A stretch of DNA of 64,000 bases from a virus (Duplodnaviria; Caudoviricetes): positions 1 to 64,000 of IMG/VR virus record IMGVR_UViG_3300027845_000349. The stretch is one strand, 5' to 3'. A program made the translations under genes and the position numbers. This document shows, one piece after another, positions 1-8,362 of this stretch. Every line of letters begins with the position of its first letter. The first letter of the stretch is position 1. Under the pieces are notes generated by a model that was given only the letters and a program-made list of their open reading frames with translations, was not told where the DNA came from and did not search any database.

Positions 1-99
1 GAAGTTAAGCCAGAAGTTAAGCCAGAAGTTAAGCCAGAAGTTAAGCCAGAAGTTAAGCCAGAAGTTAAGCCAGAAGTTAAGCCAGAAGTTAAGCCAGAA
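1..99 (+). repeat. Perfect 12-bp tandem repeat GAAGTTAAGCCA, at least 8 copies
   Basis: Read directly from the sequence; truncated at the window edge. Confidence 0.98.
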
Positions 100-102
100 T
101 AA
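1..102 (+). CDS. 3' end of a truncated CDS ending in (EVKP)x8-E-stop
   Basis: Frame 1 reads GAA GTT AAG CCA eight times, then GAA TAA at 97-102. The start lies outside the window. Confidence 0.7.
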   Translation, partial: EVKPEVKPEVKPEVKPEVKPEVKPEVKPEVKPE

Positions 103-179
103 AAGGCAAAACACTCCCCTTATTAATGGTGAGTGTTATGTCTCTAGATCGAATAGATAGGATTTTGAGAGATTATTAA

Positions 180-875
180 ATGAATATATTGACTGAAGAC
201 AATATTCCAAAGATAATAAGGTTTATATCTGAACTAGGAGGATGTCTTGTGGATTGGTTAGGTGACGTAAATGAAATGGTAAAACTTGTCGGAGTCCCTG
301 GAGTTGTTGTCGTTTTGTGGGCGGTAATGCCGTTAGTATTAACAGCTCTTCTTATTACGATAATAAGTATAGGGGCGAAGCAATCCCGGGATAATAATCA
401 GGCATTTACAAAACAGATGGAAAGCTTAACAATAGCTATAAGTAATTTATCAGATAAAGTTTTAGATCCTCCAATGAATCTTGCAGATTCTCTTGAGTAT
501 TTTTATCTTGTAATGAATGAGCATGTTGGTAAAAAATTGTCATATCTTGGAGAAATTCTTCGTAAAAATTCAATAAATAATAGAAAATCAAAAATCCAGA
601 AAAATATAGAGAATGAATTTAGATCAATAACTACAAAAGAAGCTAATAAGTTAAGCCGTAAAAAGTCGGTTTGTGGTGATATGGGGAAAGTCCTTCAAGA
701 AAGTATTGATTGGAAACCATTTCTTAATGAAGTTTATTCTGCATTTTTTGTGGAAAGAAAAGAAAATTCCAATAAAGATTTTGATTATTTTAAAATTCAA
801 GATGTAAAATCAATAATGTATGGAACGGTTGATAAGATAGCAAAAAAATTAGAAGATGACGGAGTTCGTAATTAA
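180..875 (+). CDS. Hypothetical membrane protein (N-terminal hydrophobic segment followed by a soluble domain)
   Basis: 231-aa ORF with hydrophobic stretch LVGVPGVVVVLWAVMPLVLTALLITIISIG; no family recognised. Confidence 0.55.
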   Translation: MNILTEDNIPKIIRFISELGGCLVDWLGDVNEMVKLVGVPGVVVVLWAVMPLVLTALLITIISIGAKQSRDNNQAFTKQMESLTIAISNLSDKVLDPPMNLADSLEYFYLVMNEHVGKKLSYLGEILRKNSINNRKSKIQKNIENEFRSITTKEANKLSRKKSVCGDMGKVLQESIDWKPFLNEVYSAFFVERKENSNKDFDYFKIQDVKSIMYGTVDKIAKKLEDDGVRN

Positions 876-876
876 C

Positions 877-905
877 TTGATAATAAAGAGTTAAAATAGT
901 AAAAT
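877..905 (+). promoter_or_regulatory. sigma70-like promoter TTGATA-N17-TAAAAT
   Basis: Hexamers at 877-882 and 900-905, upstream of the ORF at 924 (SD GAGGTG). Confidence 0.6.
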
Positions 906-923
906 CACCTAAAGAGGTGAAAA

Positions 924-3437
924 ATGTTAAATCTTCCTGTTTTTAAAATAACCCCACTTATAGAATCATATTACATAGAACAAATCGGGAATAAGAAAAT
1001 TTCTATAAAAACCTATCAGAAAACAAAAAAATCAATTAAAAGATTAAAAAAGAGTTCTTCAGGTCCATTGAAGTGGGTATTTATACAGAATGAATCAGGG
1101 GAAACACCTGTACTGTTAAAAAAATCAGGGAATGATAATATTTTTGTAACCGGATCTCTTCGATTAAAAAAAGCCAAAACAGAAAAAGACCTTGAGTACT
1201 GGAAGAAAAAACTTCTGGATGTACTGAGAGTAGAAAAGTCTCTTGAAGATATTCTATTCCCGGGAATCCTTTCAAAAGCTCTTCCCGATGATGTTCAAAG
1301 CCTTTTAATTAAAGCAAGAGGATATCCTGTAGGAACTAAACGGACATGGAGTGGAAAAGAATATAAAAAAGTTGCTGGTGGTGCTTCGGGAAAAGGTAAA
1401 TGGGTAAGAACCTACACTGAGACCGAATCTCGTGGAGCGAAACAGGCCGTAAGAAATGTCCAGAGAAAAATAATGGATGCATCTTCTATGGAAGAGCTCC
1501 TTGAAATAGTCAAACAAAATTCTTCAAGATTCCAGGATAAAGATGGGAAAATGCTTCCTATAGTCAAAGAGTTTATTACAGCAGCTAGAGGAACAGAAGA
1601 AGGTAAGAAAGAAAAACCTAAAGTAAAAGAGACTGTTAAACCTGATGTAAAGGAATCACAATTAGAAAAAAAGCGTCAATTTGCTGATGGAACATTTGAA
1701 ATTGAGTCAGAAGAAGCAGAAGAATTAGTTGATTCTCTTAATAAAGATCTTAAAAGTGATAAAGTTGAGTTTTCTCTATATGAAGAGGATGGATTTACTA
1801 CATTTTATGCTGAAATAGAACGGGAAAACTTTACTGAAAATATTGTTATAGACCCATATAATAGGGATGAAATAAAAGATCTCGCTGGAAGAGGTCCAGA
1901 TAAAAAGCAAAGAAAAAGAAGAGCATCAACTCAAACAATTCCAGAGAATGAAGGAACAAAAGAAGTTGAAAAAATAGAAGAGACTACAGAAGATATAAAA
2001 GTAATGGAGCCAGTTAAAAAAGAACCTATTAAAGATCCTGAAAAAATAAATGAATCTATCGAAAAAGCTTCACCAGATAACAGAAATGAAGTTCAAGCAG
2101 ATCTATTCGGAGCTTCGGGAGAAGATCCACCAGAGGGAAAGTATAATTTTGAACCTAAGTCTGTAAAATTAGCAGGACAGACCGTCCTTGATTACAGGCC
2201 TGTAATCCCCAAGAAAATAGAAGTTCCTACAGAGGCAAATATACTTGATAGAGAATTCCCTTCATGGATGCCTCCTGTTACAAATAGAGAAATGGCACAA
2301 GTTTCTTTTCTTCCGACTTCAGTTTCTGTTGGTGAAAATGAGCTTTTAGTAAATATTGGTGAAACGCCATATGTTATGAGCATGGATGTATATGCTGGTA
2401 TGGTTCAGTATCATGTAAATTACTATAAGTCATTTGAGAAAAAAGCAATGAGTTTGAGAATTGAAGAGGGGGTTAAAGAAGCTAGAGAGAAAATAAAAGA
2501 ATTTGAAGGCCAAGAAGGTCGTTTAGCAGAAATGGAAGTAAGATATTACGGAAGAATAATTGAAGCTTATGAGTCTAAGGATAAAAAAACTTTAAATCGA
2601 TTATACAAAAAAAGACGGCCAAAAAGATTAATGCCTACAAATAAAATGTCATATCCTCAGCTTAACACCTATAATAAAATCTCCGGTAATAGAACTGAGT
2701 CTTGGAAAATGTATAATAAATTCCGAGAGGATCTAGCTTACAAAATGGCAGATATGAAGTTTCAATATGAAGATAATCTCAACTCATATTCTAAAGGGAA
2801 AGAGACTTCTTATGGAAATAGTGGAACTAAAGACACCTTACTTAAGGATTATGGTGTTAAGATAAAACGACAGAATGGCGATGAGATAACTCCAGAAGAA
2901 ACAAATCAGTTAAAAAAGGCTCTTGATGATATGTATTCAGTCTATGGAGATAGAAGTGATATGAGTCGTAAGTTTGGTCTTAAAATTTCTCATTCTGGAG
3001 AAAAAAGACAACATGCAAGTAAGTATATTGGTCTTTACTATCCTGCTTACAAAGCTATTGGGGTAGGATTCACATCTCAAGAACAGGGAGGCCTAACTCT
3101 ATCTCATGAATATTCTCATTTCTTTGATAATTATCTTGGTAAAGATGAATACCACTATTCATCAGATCAAACAGGATCCATCTCAAATGATATAGCCAAA
3201 AAATTTAGATCTAATATGACAAAAGGATCTAAGATAGATGGGTATTGGGGAAGAACATGTGAGTGCTTCGCTAGAGCTTTTGAACAATATTATGATATTG
3301 AAACAGGAACAAATAGTTTTGATGGAGAAAAACAGTATATGAGTGCTGAACAATACAACAAAGAAATAAAACCTCTTGTAGAGAAATTTTTTAAAGAAAA
3401 TGACAGTCTACTTAAATCTATAGACATTATATGGTAA
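924..3437 (+). CDS. Large polyvalent-type virion/internal head protein with C-terminal LPD1-like zincin domain
   Basis: 837 aa. C-terminal HEYSH (HExxH) and GYWGRTCECFARAFEQY resemble LPD1. Basic motifs GYPVGTKRTW..GKEYKK and GRGPDKKQRKRR. Located in the head module. Confidence 0.6.
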   Translation: MLNLPVFKITPLIESYYIEQIGNKKISIKTYQKTKKSIKRLKKSSSGPLKWVFIQNESGETPVLLKKSGNDNIFVTGSLRLKKAKTEKDLEYWKKKLLDVLRVEKSLEDILFPGILSKALPDDVQSLLIKARGYPVGTKRTWSGKEYKKVAGGASGKGKWVRTYTETESRGAKQAVRNVQRKIMDASSMEELLEIVKQNSSRFQDKDGKMLPIVKEFITAARGTEEGKKEKPKVKETVKPDVKESQLEKKRQFADGTFEIESEEAEELVDSLNKDLKSDKVEFSLYEEDGFTTFYAEIERENFTENIVIDPYNRDEIKDLAGRGPDKKQRKRRASTQTIPENEGTKEVEKIEETTEDIKVMEPVKKEPIKDPEKINESIEKASPDNRNEVQADLFGASGEDPPEGKYNFEPKSVKLAGQTVLDYRPVIPKKIEVPTEANILDREFPSWMPPVTNREMAQVSFLPTSVSVGENELLVNIGETPYVMSMDVYAGMVQYHVNYYKSFEKKAMSLRIEEGVKEAREKIKEFEGQEGRLAEMEVRYYGRIIEAYESKDKKTLNRLYKKRRPKRLMPTNKMSYPQLNTYNKISGNRTESWKMYNKFREDLAYKMADMKFQYEDNLNSYSKGKETSYGNSGTKDTLLKDYGVKIKRQNGDEITPEETNQLKKALDDMYSVYGDRSDMSRKFGLKISHSGEKRQHASKYIGLYYPAYKAIGVGFTSQEQGGLTLSHEYSHFFDNYLGKDEYHYSSDQTGSISNDIAKKFRSNMTKGSKIDGYWGRTCECFARAFEQYYDIETGTNSFDGEKQYMSAEQYNKEIKPLVEKFFKENDSLLKSIDIIW

Positions 3438-3452
3438 TTAATTTAATTCCCC

Positions 3453-3481
3453 TTGACACGTTATCTAAACAGGTATATATT
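3453..3481 (+). promoter_or_regulatory. sigma70-like promoter TTGACA-N17-TATATT
   Basis: Consensus -35 with 17-nt spacer; drives the small operon containing def. Confidence 0.8.
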
Positions 3482-3504
3482 TAGGTATATTCAAGGGGGA
3501 ATAT

Positions 3505-3579
3505 ATGAAAAATAAAAAGAAAGACAAGAAATTCCGTAAGAACCGAAAAGCAACAAGATCTTTAAGGGGGAAGTCATGA
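3505..3579 (+). CDS. Small basic peptide MKNKKKDKKFRKNRKATRSLRGKS (24 aa)
   Basis: SD AGGGGG, ATG at 3505, and a TGA overlapping the next ATG (ATGA); below the ORF-track cutoff. Confidence 0.5.
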   Translation: MKNKKKDKKFRKNRKATRSLRGKS

Positions 3580-3791
3580 TAAAAACTTCAATGGCAAAAA
3601 TCTGGGAAAAGAAAATAGACAAAGTTTCTTATATGATAAGTTTGGTTCAGGAAGTTATTAATGGAACTCCAGAAGATAATATAGAATTATTATCTGGCCT
3701 TCTTGAATATAGATCAGATCTAAAGGAAATAAACAAAAAGTTTATAACAGCATATATAAGTGTAGTAAATTATGAATCTAGTATCACCTGA
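3576..3791 (+). CDS. Hypothetical protein
   Basis: 71-aa ORF, translationally coupled on both sides. Confidence 0.55.
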   Translation: MIKTSMAKIWEKKIDKVSYMISLVQEVINGTPEDNIELLSGLLEYRSDLKEINKKFITAYISVVNYESSIT

Positions 3792-4209
3792 TAAAGTAGA
3801 AGGCTGTAAGTGCAAAGAAGTAAATCTTGATAATATAGATTCTATTCTTGAAATAGCCTTAGAAATGGCTGAGATTATGATAACAAAAAGAGGTATTGGG
3901 CTTGCAGCTCCTCAAGTTGGGATCTATAAAAGATTTTTTGTTATGAAAAATTTCAGGGGAAACGGATATGTAACAATAATAAATCCTGAGATTATAAAAG
4001 TTTCAGATAAAATAGGTACTTTTAATGAGGGATGTTTAACTTATCCCTGGAATTATAGGGTTAATGTAAAACGACCTAAACAGATAAAAGCTTCATGGAT
4101 ATCTGATAACGGGGATTGGATATCAATGAAATTAACCGGTAGAGAATCACAATGTTTTCTTCATGAATTTGACCATCTGGATGGAATCTGTATTAGAAAT
4201 AAGGATTAG
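3772..4209 (+). CDS. def: Peptide deformylase
   Basis: All three PDF motifs are present: GIGLAAPQVG, EGCLT, HEFDHLDG. Confidence 0.95.
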   Translation: MNLVSPDKVEGCKCKEVNLDNIDSILEIALEMAEIMITKRGIGLAAPQVGIYKRFFVMKNFRGNGYVTIINPEIIKVSDKIGTFNEGCLTYPWNYRVNVKRPKQIKASWISDNGDWISMKLTGRESQCFLHEFDHLDGICIRNKD

Positions 4210-4211
4210 AA

Positions 4212-4553
4212 ATGAATATTATTAACGGGATAAAAAAATATAAAAAAACTGAGGAGGAGTTGTTTAATAAAAATAAAAAGATAGTTCCGATTTACGTAAG
4301 AGGAGATTTCAGATCTTGGGGTAGTACTATAAACTTTTCATGTGATGGAAAGGCAAGCGTTTACGGGTGGTTGAAAAGAATCCCCCGAAAAGGAGAATAT
4401 CTAATAGATAATGTTAATATAGAACTAGATTTATTCCCAGTCTATAGGTTTGACTATATTGAAAAGAGTAAAAATCCTACTGATATGTTCTTTGCTAATG
4501 TTGTTAAAGTCGGTGAGTGTGATAAGGATAAGAATCTGATACAAACAGGATGA
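4212..4553 (+). CDS. Hypothetical protein
   Basis: 113-aa ORF following def. Confidence 0.55.
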   Translation: MNIINGIKKYKKTEEELFNKNKKIVPIYVRGDFRSWGSTINFSCDGKASVYGWLKRIPRKGEYLIDNVNIELDLFPVYRFDYIEKSKNPTDMFFANVVKVGECDKDKNLIQTG

Positions 4554-4556
4554 TTC

Positions 4557-4585
4557 TTGACTTTTACTTTAAGTGGTAGTATCCT
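4557..4585 (+). promoter_or_regulatory. sigma70-like promoter TTGACT-N17-TATCCT
   Basis: Hexamers at 4557-4562 and 4580-4585, at the start of a ~490-nt non-coding region. Confidence 0.65.
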
Positions 4586-4721
4586 ATGTATATCTGAATT
4601 TAAACCACTCAGATATACATAGACACTACCTTTTAAGAGATTTTAATTAGTCCCTTCATGCAATTATGTAGTGTCGTTGTATTTAGGGTGGTTCCTAGAG
4701 GGACTAATTAAGGTCTTTTTT
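4586..4721 (+). ncRNA. Structured RNA with C4/CI-antisense-like architecture
   Basis: 12-bp hairpin 4586-4620; ~21-bp stem 4635-4655/4699-4719 followed by a T-tract. Loops GTAGTGTC and GTGGTT are complementary to upstream GACACTAC and AACCAC. Confidence 0.55.
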
Positions 4722-4727
4722 ACGTTC

Positions 4728-4945
4728 AGGTCGTTTTGAGTAAGAACTTGAGCGTATCAACGGAAACAGGTAACTGTAAAATCAAAAGCCTATCTAATAT
4801 TAGAGAATTTTGTTGATACTTATGTCATGATGAAAGAGGGACCTCATTAGACTCAAAACCCTCCTTTTGCTGATCCTAACTTGGGTGTTTAGGTGAACAG
4901 ATGCAGATACTGTCTAAAGTATATTGCAACTTGTGTTATGACTTA
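4728..4945 (+). ncRNA. Candidate multi-stem structured RNA of unknown class
   Basis: Pairings 4733-4741/4851-4859, 4754-4761/4812-4819, 4766-4777 (GTAA tetraloop), 4875-4879/4889-4893 and 4847-4852/4912-4917. Confidence 0.45.
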
Positions 4946-4993
4946 CAGGGTTATAATATTTAGGCTCAAATAATACCATAAAAGCAAACATAG

Positions 4994-5022
4994 TTGACAA
5001 ATAAAATATAAAGTACTATTCT
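4994..5022 (+). promoter_or_regulatory. sigma70-like promoter TTGACA-N17-TATTCT
   Basis: Consensus -35 with 17-nt spacer, upstream of the protease/capsid operon. Confidence 0.75.
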
Positions 5023-5049
5023 AAAAGCAATAAACAGGAGTTTGATAAC

Positions 5050-5088
5050 AAGACCTGTCCCATTAAGTTGGGACAGGTCTTTTTTTTT
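5050..5088 (+). terminator. Intrinsic terminator
   Basis: AAGACCTGTCCCA / TGGGACAGGTCTT stem followed by a T9 run. Confidence 0.85.
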
Positions 5089-5092
5089 GCGT

Positions 5093-6583
5093 ATGAATAC
5101 AGACTTTATATATACAGAAGCCAGGATCTCAAAAAGTATTGTTGGCGAACAATGGGAAGCCGATGATGCCGGAAATCCTATAATTATAATTGAAGCTTCA
5201 AACGAAAATCTTGACTTTGAGGGTGAGAAAGTTCTCAGGTCAGCTCTTCTAAATTCTAAAGATTATTTTCTCCAAAATGGTGTTATTTCTTATGATCATA
5301 AACATATACCATCTGCAGATAATTTTGAATGGGATCCTGAATGGAACGCTGAAAAATATGTTCTTGGAAAACCAATGGATGCATGGGAAGGAAAAGATGA
5401 TAACGGAGAAAAAGTTGTTAAAGTAAAGGCAGTTCTTTCCAGGTCAAATGCAATAGCAAAAGAGATAATAGGAAAGCTTAAAGATGGAATAGAGACTGTC
5501 AAAGCTTCTGTTGGTGGTCGTAAGGTAAAAAAAGCCATTAAAATGGATACTTCTACTTATAAAGATGTTCCTACTATTGTGGGTGTTAATTGGGACGAAG
5601 TAGCTTTAACATATAAGCCTGTAAACCAGACTCTTGGAGCGACAACTTTATGTCCTAAAGATTTTGTAAAATCTCTAACTGCTGGATCAGAAAGTAACCC
5701 TTCTAAAATGACCGGTGGAAATACTCTTCAAATGCAATCAATAGAAGGATCTCCAATAAGAGCTCTTTTGACAAAATTAAGAAATAAAAAAATTAAAAAA
5801 GAATGTGATGCAATTACTCATCTTGTGAAGTCCGGTTATTCTGAGGAAAAAGCCGGGAGAGTCCTCAAGGTGATAATAAAAAAATATTTAGGAGATATTA
5901 TTATGGAAGACAACAATAATGTTGATGACCTGATTGAATCCTCCACCGATGAGCTTGAGAAGGCTATGAAAGACCTTGAGGGCGGTGGTGAGAATCTTGT
6001 TAAAGGACTTAGCAAGATGAAAAAAGATGGAATGTACAAAGTAAGAAATGGTTGTGCATACATGAAAAAAGCCGATGGATCTTATGAGAAGATGGATGAA
6101 GATTCTCCAGATTACAACGGCGAAGATGACGAAGAAGAAAAAGAAGAAAAAGCAGTGAAAAAATCAATTGATTTAGACGATGACTTTGTTGATGCAACAG
6201 AAGCTATTGAAGGTCTGGAAAAATCCGTTTCATCTCTAACCAAAATGGTTAAGTCTCTTTCTGAAACTGTTGAAAAACAGAGTGGACTTATGAAATCTAT
6301 CGGTACTGTTACTCTTGAAGACTCTAAATTGTTAAAATCAATTTCAGGTGCTCCTCAACCGAGACAGACAACCAATGGGATTAAAACAGAACCAAGGTTT
6401 GAAAAATCACATGTTGATAAACTAAGAGGCATTACTGCTGGATCGTTGGTTAAATCAATGTCAGATGCGAATGTAGACGGAAACACAATGGCTCTTGCCA
6501 ATCTAGCATTCAGAAAGGGTGGAATTCAGGCTGTTGTCAAAGAAGTCCCACAGATCGCTGAACTGTTGGTAAAGGAGAATTAA
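5093..6583 (+). CDS. Prohead protease-scaffold fusion protein
   Basis: N-terminal IEASNENLDFEGE, SYDH and ASVGG motifs typical of prohead proteases; acidic/coiled C-terminal scaffold; directly upstream of the MCP. ATG 5093 preferred over the track's TTG 5042. Confidence 0.8.
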   Translation: MNTDFIYTEARISKSIVGEQWEADDAGNPIIIIEASNENLDFEGEKVLRSALLNSKDYFLQNGVISYDHKHIPSADNFEWDPEWNAEKYVLGKPMDAWEGKDDNGEKVVKVKAVLSRSNAIAKEIIGKLKDGIETVKASVGGRKVKKAIKMDTSTYKDVPTIVGVNWDEVALTYKPVNQTLGATTLCPKDFVKSLTAGSESNPSKMTGGNTLQMQSIEGSPIRALLTKLRNKKIKKECDAITHLVKSGYSEEKAGRVLKVIIKKYLGDIIMEDNNNVDDLIESSTDELEKAMKDLEGGGENLVKGLSKMKKDGMYKVRNGCAYMKKADGSYEKMDEDSPDYNGEDDEEEKEEKAVKKSIDLDDDFVDATEAIEGLEKSVSSLTKMVKSLSETVEKQSGLMKSIGTVTLEDSKLLKSISGAPQPRQTTNGIKTEPRFEKSHVDKLRGITAGSLVKSMSDANVDGNTMALANLAFRKGGIQAVVKEVPQIAELLVKEN

Positions 6584-6584
6584 G

Positions 6585-8018
6585 ATGGATGCATACAATA
6601 ATTCATTAGTAAATTACGGATTTGGTGGTGGTATGGCAGTCGGCAATGTTGATGCGGAAGCATTATCAAAAGCTTTGACTGCTGGTGATTCTGCTAATCC
6701 TGCAGCTATGGGAACCGGCGGTAATACGTTACAGTTCGAATCACTTGAGCCTCAGCTCATTTCAGCTCTTGCAGAAAGAGTTGAAGACTTTAAATTAATG
6801 AAACTACAGCCGAAAAATTCTGTAGGTTCAACTGTTCATCAGTATACTCAAGCTACAAACTCAGGGGAGTATGAAGGTATTGGTACTGCAGAACTTGGAG
6901 ATCCTATTGAATCAACTTCTGCATTTGCAAGAATTACTCGTAATGTAAAGTATTTTCAGACAAAAAGAGAAGTTTCTATTCAGGCTCAGTCTTTGAATCC
7001 TACCATTGGTGGTGCTGCAGAAGCAACTGAAGAAAGACTTGGAACTCACGTTATGCTGAAAGGTACTGAGTATTACTGTTTTCATGGTGATGAAGCCGTA
7101 ACACCAAACCTACCTTCTGGTTATCCAGCTCAGATAAGATCTGAAGCTCCAGCCAACGTATTTGATATGGCCGGACTTAAAGTTTCTGATACTGGTGGAG
7201 AAGCAAAAATTGAAGAAGCTATAGGTTCTATTTATGAACTTGGTGGAGAAGTATCTGATATGTTTTTTCCTCCTTCTATTGCTCAGGATTGGCAGAACCT
7301 TCTTAAAGATCGTTACAGATATAACGATGCAAGTCGTATTGCCGGTTCAAAATTGACTACTTATCAGTCAATGTATGGTCGAGATATCTGGATTTCTGGT
7401 AGAGCTGGTATAGATAAGATGTATAAGATTAAAACAACTCCGGTTGCTTCATCTCTTACTACTTTAAGACCTACAGCTCCAACTTTCGCTCTTCTTGCTC
7501 AGACACTTTCTGTAGTAGGAGGAACAGGCTTTACAACAACTACCGCCGGTACATACAGATATCAGGTATTTGCTATTGATGGATCTGGATTAATTTCTGT
7601 AGCTTCAACTGCTGCAAATGTTGCAGTTGCTGATGGTCAGGAAGTTAGAATTACTATTACTCCTGGAATTGCTCCTCTTGCTACTGGCTATATTGTATGT
7701 CGTGGTAAGGTAGGTGTTACCACTGGAGATGACCAGAGAGAAATGTTTAGAGTTGCGGATAGCGGTGCTGCAACTACTGTTACTCATGATACTAATGATG
7801 AGTATCCAGGAACTGCAGAAATGCTACTTCTTTCTTCTGAAGGTGTTGAACCAACTTATCAATGGGATTCTTTCCTTGATCTTAGAAGATTCAATCTTGG
7901 ACCTACAAGAGCATCTATACCGTTCTTAATGATATGGTATGGAACTCCAGACTTGAAGATCGCCAACTTTAACGGGATCATAAAAAATGTCGGTCATGCC
8001 GGTATTGACTGGTTCTAA
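6585..8018 (+). CDS. Major capsid protein (SPO1/Herelleviridae-like)
   Basis: N-terminal SKALTAG...LQFESL, inserted beta-rich AGTYRYQV domain, C-terminal LMIWYGTP; 477 aa; follows the scaffold and is followed by a terminator. Confidence 0.88.
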   Translation: MDAYNNSLVNYGFGGGMAVGNVDAEALSKALTAGDSANPAAMGTGGNTLQFESLEPQLISALAERVEDFKLMKLQPKNSVGSTVHQYTQATNSGEYEGIGTAELGDPIESTSAFARITRNVKYFQTKREVSIQAQSLNPTIGGAAEATEERLGTHVMLKGTEYYCFHGDEAVTPNLPSGYPAQIRSEAPANVFDMAGLKVSDTGGEAKIEEAIGSIYELGGEVSDMFFPPSIAQDWQNLLKDRYRYNDASRIAGSKLTTYQSMYGRDIWISGRAGIDKMYKIKTTPVASSLTTLRPTAPTFALLAQTLSVVGGTGFTTTTAGTYRYQVFAIDGSGLISVASTAANVAVADGQEVRITITPGIAPLATGYIVCRGKVGVTTGDDQREMFRVADSGAATTVTHDTNDEYPGTAEMLLLSSEGVEPTYQWDSFLDLRRFNLGPTRASIPFLMIWYGTPDLKIANFNGIIKNVGHAGIDWF

Positions 8019-8025
8019 AAAAACA

Positions 8026-8051
8026 AGGGAGTCCTTCGGGACTCTCTTTTA
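8026..8051 (+). terminator. Intrinsic terminator with UUCG loop after the MCP
   Basis: AGGGAGTCC-TTCG-GGACTCTCT followed by Ts. Confidence 0.9.
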
Positions 8052-8061
8052 GGAGAAAACA

Positions 8062-8352
8062 ATGGGTGTAAACGATATAAAAAACAGAATTATACAGTCA
8101 ATTCCAGCTCTTGGAGATTTGCTTAAAGTACAGACTCTTATGGGTGAAGAAATAGTATCTGGTGCTATTGCTGGTGATATTGCTGTTCCTGGAATAAAAC
8201 TCGGTGATAATCTATCTAGTGTAATAGATTTGACTACTCCAGCAGATGTAACTAGCAATTTCACTATTACAAGTGATGGAGTGATAACTGGAGCAGCGAC
8301 AACTGCTGGTCTAGATTTAAAAGTTCTATATGAAAAATGGATATTAAGATAA
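8062..8352 (+). CDS. Small virion protein (possible head decoration)
   Basis: 96 aa, G/T/A-rich beta-type composition, directly after the MCP. Confidence 0.5.
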   Translation: MGVNDIKNRIIQSIPALGDLLKVQTLMGEEIVSGAIAGDIAVPGIKLGDNLSSVIDLTTPADVTSNFTITSDGVITGAATTAGLDLKVLYEKWILR

Positions 8353-8362
8353 GGGGGAAATA

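Noticed and set aside
1-99. Possible CRISPR array
   Set aside because: Head-to-tail 12-mers with no spacers; in-frame coding repeat.
180-875. Holin assignment
   Set aside because: A hydrophobic N-terminus alone is insufficient; the protein is long for a holin and is not next to the M23 peptidase.
4820-4900. Hammerhead ribozyme (ATGATGAAAG / CTGATCC...TGAAC)
   Set aside because: No CUGANGA and GAAA core in the correct three-helix arrangement.
4728-4945. Canonical group I intron
   Set aside because: No bulged G-binding site in the P7-like helix, no flanking exon ORF and no clear internal guide sequence; retained only as an unclassified structured RNA.
5042-5092. ORF-track TTG start extending the protease by 17 aa
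   Set aside because: The TTG is only 1 nt from the AGGAG and the extension encodes the terminator hairpin; ATG 5093 is preferred. Kept only as a regulatory possibility in the findings.
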